Assembly: GCA_026936335.1 (NCBI GenBank)
Contig: JAPMXV010000038.1
Coordinates: 198,975-262,974, forward strand
Source of the DNA: Mantamonas sphyraenae STR306
Lineage: Eukaryota; Protista; CRuMs
Direction of reading: 5' to 3'
DNA length: 64,000 nt
Part shown: piece after piece, positions 52,066 through 62,900 of the stretch
Numbering within the stretch: position 1 is the first letter of the stretch
Layout of the letters: each line of letters begins with the position of its first letter
Translations under genes and position numbers: made by a program
Notes under the pieces: generated by a model
Database searches by the model: none
What the model was told of the DNA's origin: nothing
The model's input: the letters and a program-made list of their open reading frames with translations, nothing else

Positions 52066-55000
52066 TCAGGCGACGATTTCCATGATGTCCGCAGAAGAAG
52101 AGGAGGAGGAGGAGGAGGATGCAGAGGAGGAGGAGGAGGAGGAGGAGGAGGAGGAGTCTGCGAGGAGGCGTTGCTGCTGGAGGTAGGCGAGAGTAAACCT
52201 GTTTTCGTTGCAGACCTTGGCCATTTGGTCGACGCGTCCGCGCATGGCCTTTTGCAGCTGGCGGAGGACGGAAACAAAGGCGGTGGCGTGGCTCTTGACA
52301 AAGCGGCCGTGAGAGTTGAGGAGGTGGAGGGCCCAGGTGAGGTGGAACTCGAGGTGAGGCGAGTCGTCGACGCTGTGGGCGATAAACTCGACGAGGCGCT
52401 GGACGTAGGCAGTGGGGAGGTCCTCGCAGGTTTGCTTGATGTGGTCGTGGGGAATGGCAACAAAGACAGAGTGGATGAGGTCAATGTCGTTGAGACGCAG
52501 GCTCATGAGGAGGGCCTTGAGGTAGGCCCCGTCAGCGAGGACGGCAAGGGTGGAGTCTGGGGTGATTTCGAGGTCGAGATCAAAGGGGTCGAAAACAGGG
52601 CGTCGTCGAGCGAGTAGACGAGGAGGCCCTGTGTGGAGGCGAGAGCAAAGGAGCGGCCTGTGGGGGAAAACACGGCGTCCTTGACGCGTATTTCGAGCTT
52701 GACGTTGCGTGCGCTGTGGTCGCCCTTTTTAACGCCGGGGAGGGATTCGTCGATGCGTTCGCGGACATCCCAGTGCTCGCGGTCGTCGACGTCGATGAGG
52801 TCTTTGGGGCCGGCTTCCGTGTCGTACTTGGAGTTGAGGTAGTCGAGGATGCCGTCGAGGGAGCGGTTTGCGCTGATCTGGAACTTTTTCAGGAGGATGT
52901 TTTGGGAGATCTCGTAGAGGCAGACGTACTTTGAGCGACCTGCGGCTAGGACGCATGTGCCGTCAGCGGTGTATGCGACGCGCGTGAAGCACTTTGATGC
53001 GGAGGAGGTTTTGGAGGTGACCTTGTCCGTGGAGAGGCGGCCGCCCATGATGTCCTTGCGGCCCTCGATGGTTGCGGTGAGCTTTGCGTTTTCGACGTCC
53101 CAGAAGTGGAGGTTTCCGTCGAGGGTGGAGGTGCAGAGCTGCTTGCCGTCTGGGCGGAAGGTGAGGCTGAGGATGTCGCTGGTGTGGTCGAGGGTCTCGA
53201 GGAGGCTCTTGCTCTTGAAGACGTCCCAGATGCGGACGTTGCGGTCCCAAGAGGCGGATGCGAGAGAGGTGCCCATGGGGTTGAAGGCGACAGAGACGAC
53301 GGGGCCCTCGTGTGCGGAGAGGACGTCGAGGAGCTGGCCGGTCTGCATGGACCAGACGTAGAGCTGATAGTCTGAGAAGGAGCCAGCACAGAGGACTTCG
53401 CCACTGGGATCGATGGCAAGGGAGGAGAATTGGACCGGGGACGGGGTGGTGAAGGTGCGAAAGTTGCGGTAGCGGACGAGGTCAAAGGCGCGCACGGTGC
53501 CGTCCATGGAGGCGGAGAGGACGGCGTTGCCGTTTGGATGAAAGAGGACGGTTGTGATGGGAGCGGTGTGTTCTGAAAAGGTGACGAAGCAAAAGCTGGT
53601 GGTTGTGTTCCAGATCTTGAGTTTTCCGTCGTCGCCTCCTGTGGCAATGAATTGGCCGTCGGGAGAGTAGGCGATGGAGTTCATGTCAAAATAGTGCCCC
53701 TGTTGTTTGATGACGTAGGTTTCGCTTTGCCACTCCCAGACGAGGAGCTGGCCGAGCTGAGAGCAGCCAAAGGCGAGCCAGTCGCCAGAGGCATTTATGG
53801 CGACGGTGTCGATACGGTGGTTGCTCATGGAAGAGAGAATGGACGTGTGTAAAGTCTGGCAGTTCGTAGAGAGCAAAGACGCCGTTGGAGAAGCCAGCGA
53901 CGAGGAGGCCACTGGGGCCGTGAAGGGTTGCAGAGACGGTCTTTGCGCCAGTCTGGTTGAAAAAGTGCTTGTCCTGGAGGCGCCAGGCGCCAACGAGAGG
54001 GTGGATGATGTCGTCGGGGTTGTCGAGGTCGTCGTCGGAGAGGTCGTCGTCGGAAAAGTCAGCCTCGTCGAAGCGGCGCTTTCGGGAGGCCTGGAGGCGG
54101 AGGGCGCTTCGGGAGCCTGTGAGTTTGGGAGTGCGGGAGGAAGAGGAGGAGGAGGTGGTGGTGGAGGAGGTGGTGGTGGTCGGGTGTTCGTTGCGCCAGA
54201 CAAAGAGGGCGCCGTCGCGCGAGATGGTGTACAAGATGGCCGAGTCCTTTGCGTCAAAGGCGACGGAGATGACGGCGTCACGGTGGCCAGCAAAGGTGAC
54301 GGGTTCGAAGGAGTCGACGGTGTAGAGGGAGTAGAGGCGGGCAGAGTTGTCAAGGGCGCCGGTGAGGAAGAAGAGAGAGTCTGCAGACCAGGTGATGGTG
54401 GTGACGTCGTCGTAGTGGCCCGTGTAGGTCCGGTGGAGTTCAAACGGGGAGAACTCACGAGAGCGGGGCGGGGTGCGCCACACTTGGATGTGTTTGGAGA
54501 GAGCGACGGCGAAGAATCTGGTGGGATGGGTTGGGGGGGGTGGTGGTTAGGGGGAGTTAGGGGAGAGGAGGTGGGGAGGGGGGGAGGTGGGGAGGGGGGG
54601 AATCTAGCTTTGCATACTGTCCGCAGCGGCATATCTGGCCAATCTGGGCGCCAGGACGGGCTCGAGATGGGAGGCGAGCGTTTCGCGCGGGTAATTAAGG
54701 GCAAAGCGTTTGCATGCAGAGGTGAGAAGGAATGGAGCGGGAAAGGGGGGAGGCCAATGCGTACTTTCCGTCGGGGGAGAACTTGATGTCGCCTACGGTC
54801 TGCTTGAAGTTGAAGTGATGGAGGACGACGTTGTTGGCGGCGTTGATGGCGAGGACACGGCCGTCTGAGGAGGTGGCAAAAGGGCGTGAGCAGTGAGATG
54901 GGTGCTGGGAAGGGTGGAGATGGGAGCGGGTGGGTGGAGAAAGGCGTGGGAAGGCGGAAGGGGTGGCAGCGCGGACGGCGAGGAAATTGCATTTGTGCAG

Positions 55001-55408
55001 GCGGATTTTGCAGCAGCAGGTCGGGGCGGGGTTGTGGAGGGGGGAAAGGGATGGGGAAGGGGAGGGGGGAAGGGGTGGTCGTGGATGGGGACGCGTACCT
55101 GTGTCCACAGAGAGGATCATGCTGGAGTCTGGGGACAAGGCGACGCGGTGGATGTCCTTGTCGTTCTCGACAGGGATGGTGCGTGCGGTATTTCTTTTGA
55201 GGGGATGGCAAGGGGTTAGTTTGAAGGGAGGGTAGGTGGTGGTTAAGCGGTTAAAGGGAGGATGTTGGGCGTACCGGACGAGATCGAACACGGAGAGGCG
55301 ATTGCCCACGGGGGAGTAGAGGGACTTGCCATCGGCGCTGAAGACGAGGTTGCCCTGCGAGTAGACTGTGCCAAGGAGGTTTGTGAACTGGAATGCAGTC
55401 TTGACCAT
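52066..55408 (-). CDS. PWP2: SSU processome WD40 protein Pwp2/Utp1
   Basis: FQFTNLLGTVY.QGNLVF, SPVGNR, LGQLLVWEWQSETY..KQQGH, DGTVRAFDL.RYRNFRTF. Three 5' introns; single-base indels at about 53831 and 52594. Confidence 0.95.
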
Positions 55409-56064
55409 GGGGTTGAAAAAGGGCTGGGCGGGGTGGCGGGGAGCGTGCGGAGGGAGGTGCGGAGCAGCAGGAGAGAGGACACAGGTGCTCGCGCGTAGAA
55501 CACGTGTGGGCACAGAGGAGCTGTGGGTAGCCAGTGGGATGGATTTGTGGGCAGGGCTGGTTCGGATGGGTTCAAAAGTGGATGGCGGCAATGCGCGAGA
55601 CGAGACAAACCAACCTCGATATCCGCGTGAGAGCTGGACGCACGGCCAAGCGAAAGGCGTTTTCGGACTGGTCCGGACAGCCAGCGGAACGAGGAAGGGT
55701 GTTCAAGCATGCACCCGTGTGGACACACCTGCAGGTGCATGCGTACGTGCCGGGCGGGCTACGTGTGGGCGGGAGGGTTTTTTGGCGCGCATGCGAAAAA
55801 ATCGCAAAGGCGCCCAAAAGCCCTCTTTGGCCGCGTGACGCTCGCCGGCAGGATGTGGACGGTGTTGAAGGCGCGCAAAAGCCTGCACTCCGCTGCAGCC
55901 ACACAGGCACACAGCTTGACACAGTGTTTACTGCACATGCTGGAGCTGTGGCTGCTGCGTGGAGTGGAGCGGGAGGGAAAAAAAGGCGGGAACTTTTTCA
56001 AGGCCCAGCCCTCTTTTTCAGCTTCCGCACAGGTGAGGCGTGGACTGTGGACCGTCTGTTGATG

Positions 56065-56254
56065 GTGAGTTTTTGTTTCTCACTCGGCGTGACGCGCATC
56101 GCGATGTCAAAGCGGGGCGTGTAGTCCACATGGAGGCCGATGTGAATCCGGGTTGGGAGGCCCGCTCCGTCGGTGTGGCACACGTTTTGGGCTTGGAGGG
56201 CCCTACGGCAATTTCGCGGCGCATGCTGACTCTCCTTTATGTGTTCTTCTGTAG
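56065..56254 (+). ncRNA. Intron 1 carrying the conserved structured RNA element (copy 1)
   Basis: GTGAGT donor, conserved core, CTGAC branch at 56226, pyrimidine tract, TAG. Confidence 0.65.
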
Positions 56255-56374
56255 GCATGCGGACTCAACTGGGGTCGCGATCGAGCAGCGTGGAGCGAAG
56301 CAGATGTCGACGTGTTGGACCGTCGGTCGACTCTTGTCGTTCGGCTGGAGACTGTGACGGGAGTTACACGTATG

Positions 56375-56565
56375 GTGAGTTTTTGTTTCTCACTCAGCGT
56401 GACGCGCATCGCGATGTCAAAGCGGGGCGTGTAGTCCACATGGAGGCCGATGTGAATCCGGGTTGGGAGGCCCGCTCCGTCGGTGTGGCACACGTTTTGG
56501 GCTTGGAGGGCCCTACGGCAATTTCACGGCGCATGCTGACTCTCCTCTATTTGTTCTTCTGTTAG
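56375..56565 (+). ncRNA. Intron 2 carrying the conserved structured RNA element (copy 2)
   Basis: Near-identical to copy 1; GTGAGT..CTGAC..TAG. Confidence 0.65.
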
Positions 56566-56705
56566 GCAAGGCCTGCGGACTCAACCGGGAGTCAGTCGGG
56601 AGCGAGCAACTTGAGGCGGATTTCGAAGTGCTCGGCCGTCGGCTCGTGTCGTTCGGCTGCTTCTGCTGCTTACTGGTGGAGACTGTGACGGGAGTTACAC
56701 GTATG

Positions 56706-56891
56706 GTGAGTTTTATTTCTCACTCAGCGTGACGCAAAACACGAGGTCAAAGCGGGGCGTGTAGTCCACATGGAGGCCGATGTGAATCCGGGTTGGGAGG
56801 CCCGCTCCGTCGGTGTGGCACACGTTTTGGGCAAGGAGGGCCCTACGGCAATATCGTGGCGCATGCTGACTCTCCTCTATCTCATTCTCAG
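56706..56891 (+). ncRNA. Intron 3 carrying the conserved structured RNA element (copy 3)
   Basis: Same core. The loop of the first hairpin is replaced while the TGAC/GTCA stem is kept. Confidence 0.65.
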
Positions 56892-56958
56892 ACTTGTCAG
56901 CGTATGTGTGGACGCGCGCTTTTTGGCCGCGGAGTTTGTGACGGGTCATCGGACACAG

Positions 56959-57141
56959 GTGAGTTTACACTCTCACTCAGCGTGACGCGCATCGCGATGT
57001 CAAAGCGGGGCGTGTTGTCCACATGGAGGTCGATGTGAATCCGGGTTGGGAGGCCCGCTCCGTCGGCGTGGCGCACGTTTTTGGGCAAGGAGGGCCCTAC
57101 GGCAATTTCGCGGCGCATGCTGACTCTCCATCTTTCTATAG
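56959..57141 (+). ncRNA. Intron 4 carrying the conserved structured RNA element (copy 4)
   Basis: Same core with pairing-compatible changes GTCGAT/GTCGGC. Confidence 0.65.
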
Positions 57142-57206
57142 CCAACCGCACAGTGTGTTGATGTTCTCAACAAGCACAAGAAGCACGACCAAAGCGTGCA
57201 TCGGTG

Positions 57207-57412
57207 GTGAGTTTTCTTTCTCATTCAGTCGCGTGACAAACTCGCTTGCACAGCGGGGGCGTGTTGTCCACATGGAGGCCGATGAGAATCCGGGTTGGGA
57301 GGCCCGCTCCGTCGGTGTGGCTCACGCTTGGGCAAGGAGGGCCCTTTCGGCAATTCGCGAGTGCACAATTTTGGCTGACCTCCTTTTTCTCTCCTTCTTT
57401 CTTTCTCTCCAG
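57207..57412 (+). ncRNA. Intron 5 carrying the conserved structured RNA element (copy 5, most diverged)
   Basis: Core retained, flanks diverged; GTGAGT..CTGAC..long pyrimidine tract..CAG. Confidence 0.65.
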
Positions 57413-57547
57413 GGATGAGCACGATGGGGGAGCAATTAATGAACACAATGTGCTGACGATCATTCGTTTAGTGGTTTGTGGTGGGGAGCGGCGATTGTGG
57501 TTTTTGTGTTTTTTGGCGCCAATTTGTCTGCGGAAAATCGACCGCTG

Positions 57548-57787
57548 CTATTGGCTTGGTGCTCGTTCACGTGCAGGGAGGGTCATGTGCACGGCAGATT
57601 CGTTCATGACGTTGTAGTCGTCGAGGGTCTTGTCGTCTTCCAGTTGCGTGCCGGCAAAGATGAATTGGTACGGATGAACGACGTCCGTGCTGCTCTCCAC
57701 AAGCTCCCGAAGCTCAGCGACAGTCGTGGATGACTCGACGTCGACTGTGGATGTGCCGCCGGTCTGCAGTTTGATGAAGACCTGCAT
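57548..57787 (-). CDS. Stand-alone ubiquitin-like protein without C-terminal diglycine
   Basis: MQVFIKLQTGGTSTVDVESSTTVAELR...FIFAGTQLEDDKTLDDYNV..ESAVHM. Confidence 0.8.
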   Translation of the reverse strand: MQVFIKLQTGGTSTVDVESSTTVAELRELVESSTDVVHPYQFIFAGTQLEDDKTLDDYNVMNESAVHMTLPARERAPSQ

Positions 57788-57832
57788 GGTGTGTTTGTGG
57801 GTTGCTTTGCGTGCGCTTGCGAAACAAGAACG

Positions 57833-59883
57833 ATGTTGGCAAAGGTGAGAGGGAGAGGTCGCGCATCTTGACGGAGGGAGAGGGGGAAGGGGTGGGGCTG
57901 TACATTGCGCTAACGCGTTGGTGTGCACGGAAGGAGGGAAACTTGGCGCAGCACGCAAACGCGTTTGTGGCGGCCGCTGCATGGGGCAATACGCAAACAT
58001 TGATGCAGACGCTGAATGCAGGCATAGTTGAGGTGGATGTGCGTGACGATGACGGTTTTACGGCTATGGTGAAAGCGGCGCGGGCAGGACACACAGCAAC
58101 GGTGGTTGCGCTGCTTGAGAGGGGCGCGTCGCTTGAGGCAAAGGACGCCGCTGGATGGACAGCTTTGACAAATGCGGTGCGTTTAGGGAGGGTAGAGACC
58201 GTGGCAGCGTTGCTGGAGAGAGGAGCTGAGGCAGAAGCAAGGGACAAAACCGGGATGACGCCCTTGATGCAAGCAGCGTTTTGCGGGAAGCGAGCCACAG
58301 CGGTGGCTCTGATGGACTCTGGTGTTGATGTGGATGCAAGAGATGATCACGGGAGGACTGCGTTGATGTGGGCGGCACTGCAGGGCAAGACTGAGGCTGC
58401 GCTGGCGCTGTTGGAGAGGGGTGCGTTGTTGGATGCCAAGGATCAGGCCGGGGAAACGGCGTTGGCTATGGCAGAGCGAAAATGGCATGAAGGAACAGCA
58501 AAGGCGCTGCGTGATGCAGGTGCTGGGGATGATGTGGTTGTGGAAGGGGGTGAGGAGGAGGAGGAGGTGGTGGTGAAGGAGGTGGTGAAGGAGGAGGAGG
58601 AAAAGGAGGAGGAGGAGGAGGAGGTGGTGGTGAAGGAGGAGGAGGAAGAGGAGGAGGAGGTGGAGGTGGTGGCGGTGGAGGAGGAGATCCACGATGATGA
58701 TGCCACAGGCGGTCTGGCGGATCTGATTGAGCGGAAGGATCTCCTGGTGGAGCGTAGCAGGTTTCAGGTGGAAGATACAATGCTGGGCCAGGGCGGCTTC
58801 GCCTTTGTGTACCCGGGTACCATGTATGGAACACCGGTGGCCGTCAAGATGATGAAAATGCAGCCAGCAGGCGCAGACGAGGCGTATGCACAGGATGTTG
58901 CGCACGAGGTCAACATGCTCGCTGGACTGCACCACTCCAACATACTGACGCTGCAGGGCGTATGCGTGGATCGTGGAAGCGTGTGTCTGATCACAGAGCT
59001 CTGTGAGATGGGCTCGCTCAGCAGGATGCTGCACAAACGGCCCAATGGCATCGGCGCGCTGTCGGAAGCAGCCAAGCTGGAGATTGCACGCGACGTGGCC
59101 GCTGGTATGGTGTATCTGCACGCACAGGATCCGCCAGTCATGCACAGGGACCTGAAACCGGAGAATGTGCTGCTCGATAGGAAAGGAAATGCCAAGCTCA
59201 GCGATTTTGGGCTGAGCAGGAGCAAAGAGCACACGCTGACGGCGACAAAGGGCGGCGTGGGCTCATGGCAGTATATGGCTCCCGAGTTGCTGGTTGGCGG
59301 TGTCGATGATGGGGATGAGGAGGAGGAGGAGGATGAGGATGAAGGGGAAGACGTCGTGGCCGGAACATCGTCGGTGGCAGCGGGCTCCATGGTGCAGTTT
59401 GACGAAAAAGTCGATGTATTTGCGTTTGGCATGCTGCTGTGGGAGATGATGCACGAGCGCGTGCCGTACAGCAAGAAGAAGAAGGCGTACGGTTTGAAGA
59501 GTCATATGGCAAGGTGGATGAGGCATCCGGACTCGAGGGAAAAGATCAAGAAGGAGGAGTGTCCCACATGGGCTGCCGAGCTTATTGGAGAATGCTGGGC
59601 AACAGAGGCGTCGGCCAGGCCGAGCTTTGCGGATGTGGCGGCAAGGCTGAACGACGTGGAGGTGGAGAGCGGTGGGGCAAGCAGCAGCGAGCATGTGGGG
59701 GGTAGTGGGGATGGGAAGGATGACGTCGTGGCGTTGTTGATGGAGATGAGGGAGGAGATGAAGCAGGGGCACCAGAAGCTCCAGCTGGGGCAGGTGGATG
59801 TCATGGTTGCGGTGAACGTGCAAGGAAATCGTAGCAGCGGGGACGTAGGCGTGGATGATGATAATGATGATGGTGACGTATGA
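57833..59883 (+). CDS. Ankyrin-repeat tyrosine-kinase-like (TKL) protein kinase
   Basis: About 6 ankyrin repeats (G.TAL..AA..G); GQGGFAFV, VAVK, HRDLKPEN, DFG, YMAPE. Inferred exon 1 MLAK and intron 57845-57933. Confidence 0.9.
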
Positions 59884-59914
59884 AGATGGATCCATGGATT
59901 GGCAATGAACGGTT

Positions 59915-62900
59915 TCATTCGAGGCGTTGGCGTTTGGAGGAGGAGGAGGAGGAGGAATGGTCTTTGCGCTTGGGCAGGGTGAAGGAGGGGATGGGGTAGG
60001 CGTTGACGAGTGCGGTGGTGGTAGGGCGGGTGGTGATGTGGGGTGTGATGCGGTCGATGAGGGTGTGGAGGAGGGTGTGCAGTGTGGCGTCGCTGGGTTG
60101 GGGTTTGTCGAGCCAGGCGATCTTGAGGGAGAGGGAGGTGACGCCGCGGGTGATGGTGTTGCTGATCGCCTTGGATATCAGCTGGTAGGTGAGGTGTGGC
60201 CTGAGGAGGCGGACAAAGAAGGCCAGGTCGACCGGCGGTACGCCAACGTTGCCCAGCGCCAGGATGATGTGACGCACCAGGGACTGATTGCTGCCGTTGT
60301 TGATCAGCTCACGCAGTGCCTGGTGCTCGTGTGCGTGCTGATGGCGAGGGTACTTGGCTGCGCGTGCCTTCATGTGTGCCAGCAGCGTCTGGAACTCCCG
60401 CGCCGTGCAGCTGCCTCGCTCGTCGCCGGTCTTGCTCCAGCCACTGCGCACAGACTCTGGTTCCCACTTTTCCACCTTGGTTGTGGTGAGGTGATGGTCG
60501 TAGTCGCATTGTGTCCAGTGTGGGTCGCTGTCGTCGTCAGCAGGGCGTCGTGCTATCTGCAGCCACAGATGGGTCTGCTCGTGCTCCTTCCAGGTGGTGG
60601 GATGGGGCCTGTCGCCAAGAGTGTCCATCTCTGTCATGAGCAGGTGGAGGAGGGCGTAGTTGGGGTCGCCGTGGTCGTGTGGCTCCTCCAGCCAGCACAC
60701 CTTCAACCCAGCCTTTGTCACACCCGTGGCCAGACCAGCGTCATTGATGGCACTACTGCACGCATGTTGATCCATATCACGGCCGAGAAGGGCGAGGCAG
60801 AGTGCCATGTCGCCCTGGGAGAGGGGAATGTTGCCCAGTGCGAGCTGAATCTGTCGGACGAGCGTCAACAGAGTGCCATGGCAGACCACAACACGCGCCT
60901 GCAGGGTCATGATGTCGGGGATGTTGTCGATGGGATGCTCGTTGGCCAGGGTGTGCATGTGGTTCAGCAGTGCCGTGTGCTCCTTCTTGTTGCTGTGCAT
61001 GCGCTCGCTCTTGCGCCAGTGCGTCCAACCACTGCGCACAACGGCATCTGGCAGTCCATCCTCCACGGCCAGCTTCTCCTCCTCTGTGGGGTCGGGCAGA
61101 GGAAGCTCGGGGATGTCGAGGGTGTTGACGGCGGCGGTGGTGGTGGGGCGTGTGGTGATGTGGGGTGTGATGCGGTCGATGAGGGTGTGGAGGAGGGTGT
61201 GCAATGTGGCGTCGCTGGGTTTGGGGTTGTCGAGCCAGGTGATCTTGAGGGAGAGGGAGGTGACGCCACGGGTGAGGGTGTGGTTGATGGCAGGTTGCAC
61301 CTGCTTGTAGGTGAGTTGGGGCCTGAGGAGGCGGACAAAGAAGGCCAGGTCGACAGGCGCCACGCCAACGTTGCCCAGCGCCAGGATGATGTGTCGCAGC
61401 AGGGAACTCGTGCTGCCGTTGTTGATCAGCTCACGCAGTGCCTGGTGCTCGTTTGCGTGCTGATGGCGAGGGTACTTGGCTGCGCGTGCCTTCATGTGTG
61501 CCAGCAGCGTCTGGAACTCCAGCGCCGTGCAGCTGCCACGCTCGTCGCTGGGACCATTGCTCCAGCCACTGCGCACAGACTCTGGTTCCCACTTTTCCAC
61601 CTTGGTTGTGGTGAGGTGGTGGTCGTAGTCGCATTGTGTCCAGTGTGGGTCGCTGTCGTTGTCAGCAGGGCGTCGTGCCTCCTGCAGCCACAGCTGGGTC
61701 TGCTTGTGCTCCTCCCAGGTGGTGGGATGGGCTGTGTCGCCAAGAGTGTCCATCTCTGTCATGAGCAGGTGGAGGAGGGCGTAGTTGGGGTCGTCGTGGT
61801 CGTGTGGCTCCTCCAGCCAGCACACCTTCAACCCAGCCTTTGTCACACCCATGGCCAGACCAGCGTTCTGGACGGCATGGCCACACGCGTGTTGATCCAT
61901 GTCACGGCCGAGAAGGGTGAGGCAGAGGGCCATGTCCCCCTGGGAGAGAGGAATGTTGCCAAGAGCGAGCAGGATATGTCGGACGAGCGTGTTCAGTGTG
62001 CCATGGCAGACCACGACACGTGCCTGCAGGGTCATGAGGTCGGGGATGTTGTCGATGGGATGCTCGTTGGCCAGAGTGTGCATGTGCTTCAGCAGTGCCG
62101 TGTGCTCCTTCTTGTTGCCGTGGCTGCGGTCGTCACTGTACCCCCATGTCCACCCTTTGCGCACAACACCATCTGGCAACTTATTCGTCTTGTTCACGCT
62201 TGCTTTCTTCCCAGCGCCGGTGTCTCCGTTCTTGGCCCTCCTTGCCCGTGTGCTCGACGTTCCTGTCTCTGTGCCACTGCCAGCCGTGACCCTGTGCCTG
62301 CGCTGTCCGCTGCCTTTCATCGAGTGTGAACCAGTATGACGGCTAATGTAGCCTCTGCGTCGTCTGTGGCCTCTACTTGTGCGTCTCGGCTGCCATTCAT
62401 CCGTGTCCCCCTGCTCCGTGTCGTCCGCGTCGTCGTCGCTGTCGTCTTGCGGCATGTACTCCTCATCCATGGCATCACCAGTATCTGCAATGAAGAGTGG
62501 GCCCTGAGTTTCCACCTCGTCGTCCACGTGCTGCTGGGTTGCGTCGTCTGCCTCGCCGTCTTCTTCGTACGCCTCCATCCCTGAGCTGGTCATCCCCTCT
62601 GAGTTGCTGGACAAGGACCGTGGTTCACGGTGGCCAAAGTTCAGGAAAATGAGGTCCTCCACGTCGACAGTGTCATGTGTGGGTGTGTCCTGGTCTGCGT
62701 CGTCGTCGTCGCTGTCTCCAGTCTGCCGTGTGGCCTGGTGGGAGGAGGACGACGATGTGGTGGTGGATGTGGTCCGTGTGATGCCGACAAAAGCAGGGCT
62801 GATGCGTTTGGGGACGCGGTTGTGGTTGATGGTGGGTTGAGCAGGCGGAGGGTGCGACGGAGGCTGAGCGAAGTGCATCTGGGCAGTTTGTCGCGGCTGA

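Larger units (their letters stand above)
56033..57470 (+). ncRNA. Putative non-coding multi-exon host transcript divergent from PWP2 (ends undefined)
   Basis: Five canonical introns separated by 65-140 nt poorly conserved exons with no recognisable protein product. Confidence 0.6.

Noticed and set aside
1770-53835. Frameshifts in RPT4 (~1772), C5orf34-like (~6327), hexosaminidase (~13005), UBR (~36562) and PWP2 (~52594, ~53831) as programmed frameshifting, RNA editing or pseudogenes
   Set aside because: All are 1-2 nt indels in homopolymers or an AC repeat, with no shared motif, in otherwise intact conserved genes. This is typical of long-read error; short-read polishing would decide.
56062-57160. 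Spliced exons of the array as a real protein
   Set aside because: At best about 115 codons using an alternative acceptor. There is no recognisable domain, the exons are indel-rich, and they diverge faster than the introns.
56065-57412. The repeat array as CRISPR, rRNA, tRNA, SRP/Alu, U1/U4, U3, U14, U17, TPP/B12/FMN riboswitch or HDV ribozyme
   Set aside because: Unit size and eukaryotic context exclude CRISPR. The other families show only short chance-level resemblances (TGTAGTCC..GGAGGC, AGCGTGA, GGCAATTT) and their defining motifs are absent by eye. An Rfam search is still needed.
56065-57412. Introner-type transposition as the origin of the five similar introns
   Set aside because: Flanking exon sequence is shared between units (GGAGACTGTGACGGGAGTTACACGTATG before copies 2 and 3), which indicates tandem exon-plus-intron duplication. 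No copies were seen in other genes of the window.
33990-58690. GGT, GGA, GAG and AGY runs as functional repeats
   Set aside because: In-frame low-complexity Gly, Ser and Glu tracts in coding regions.
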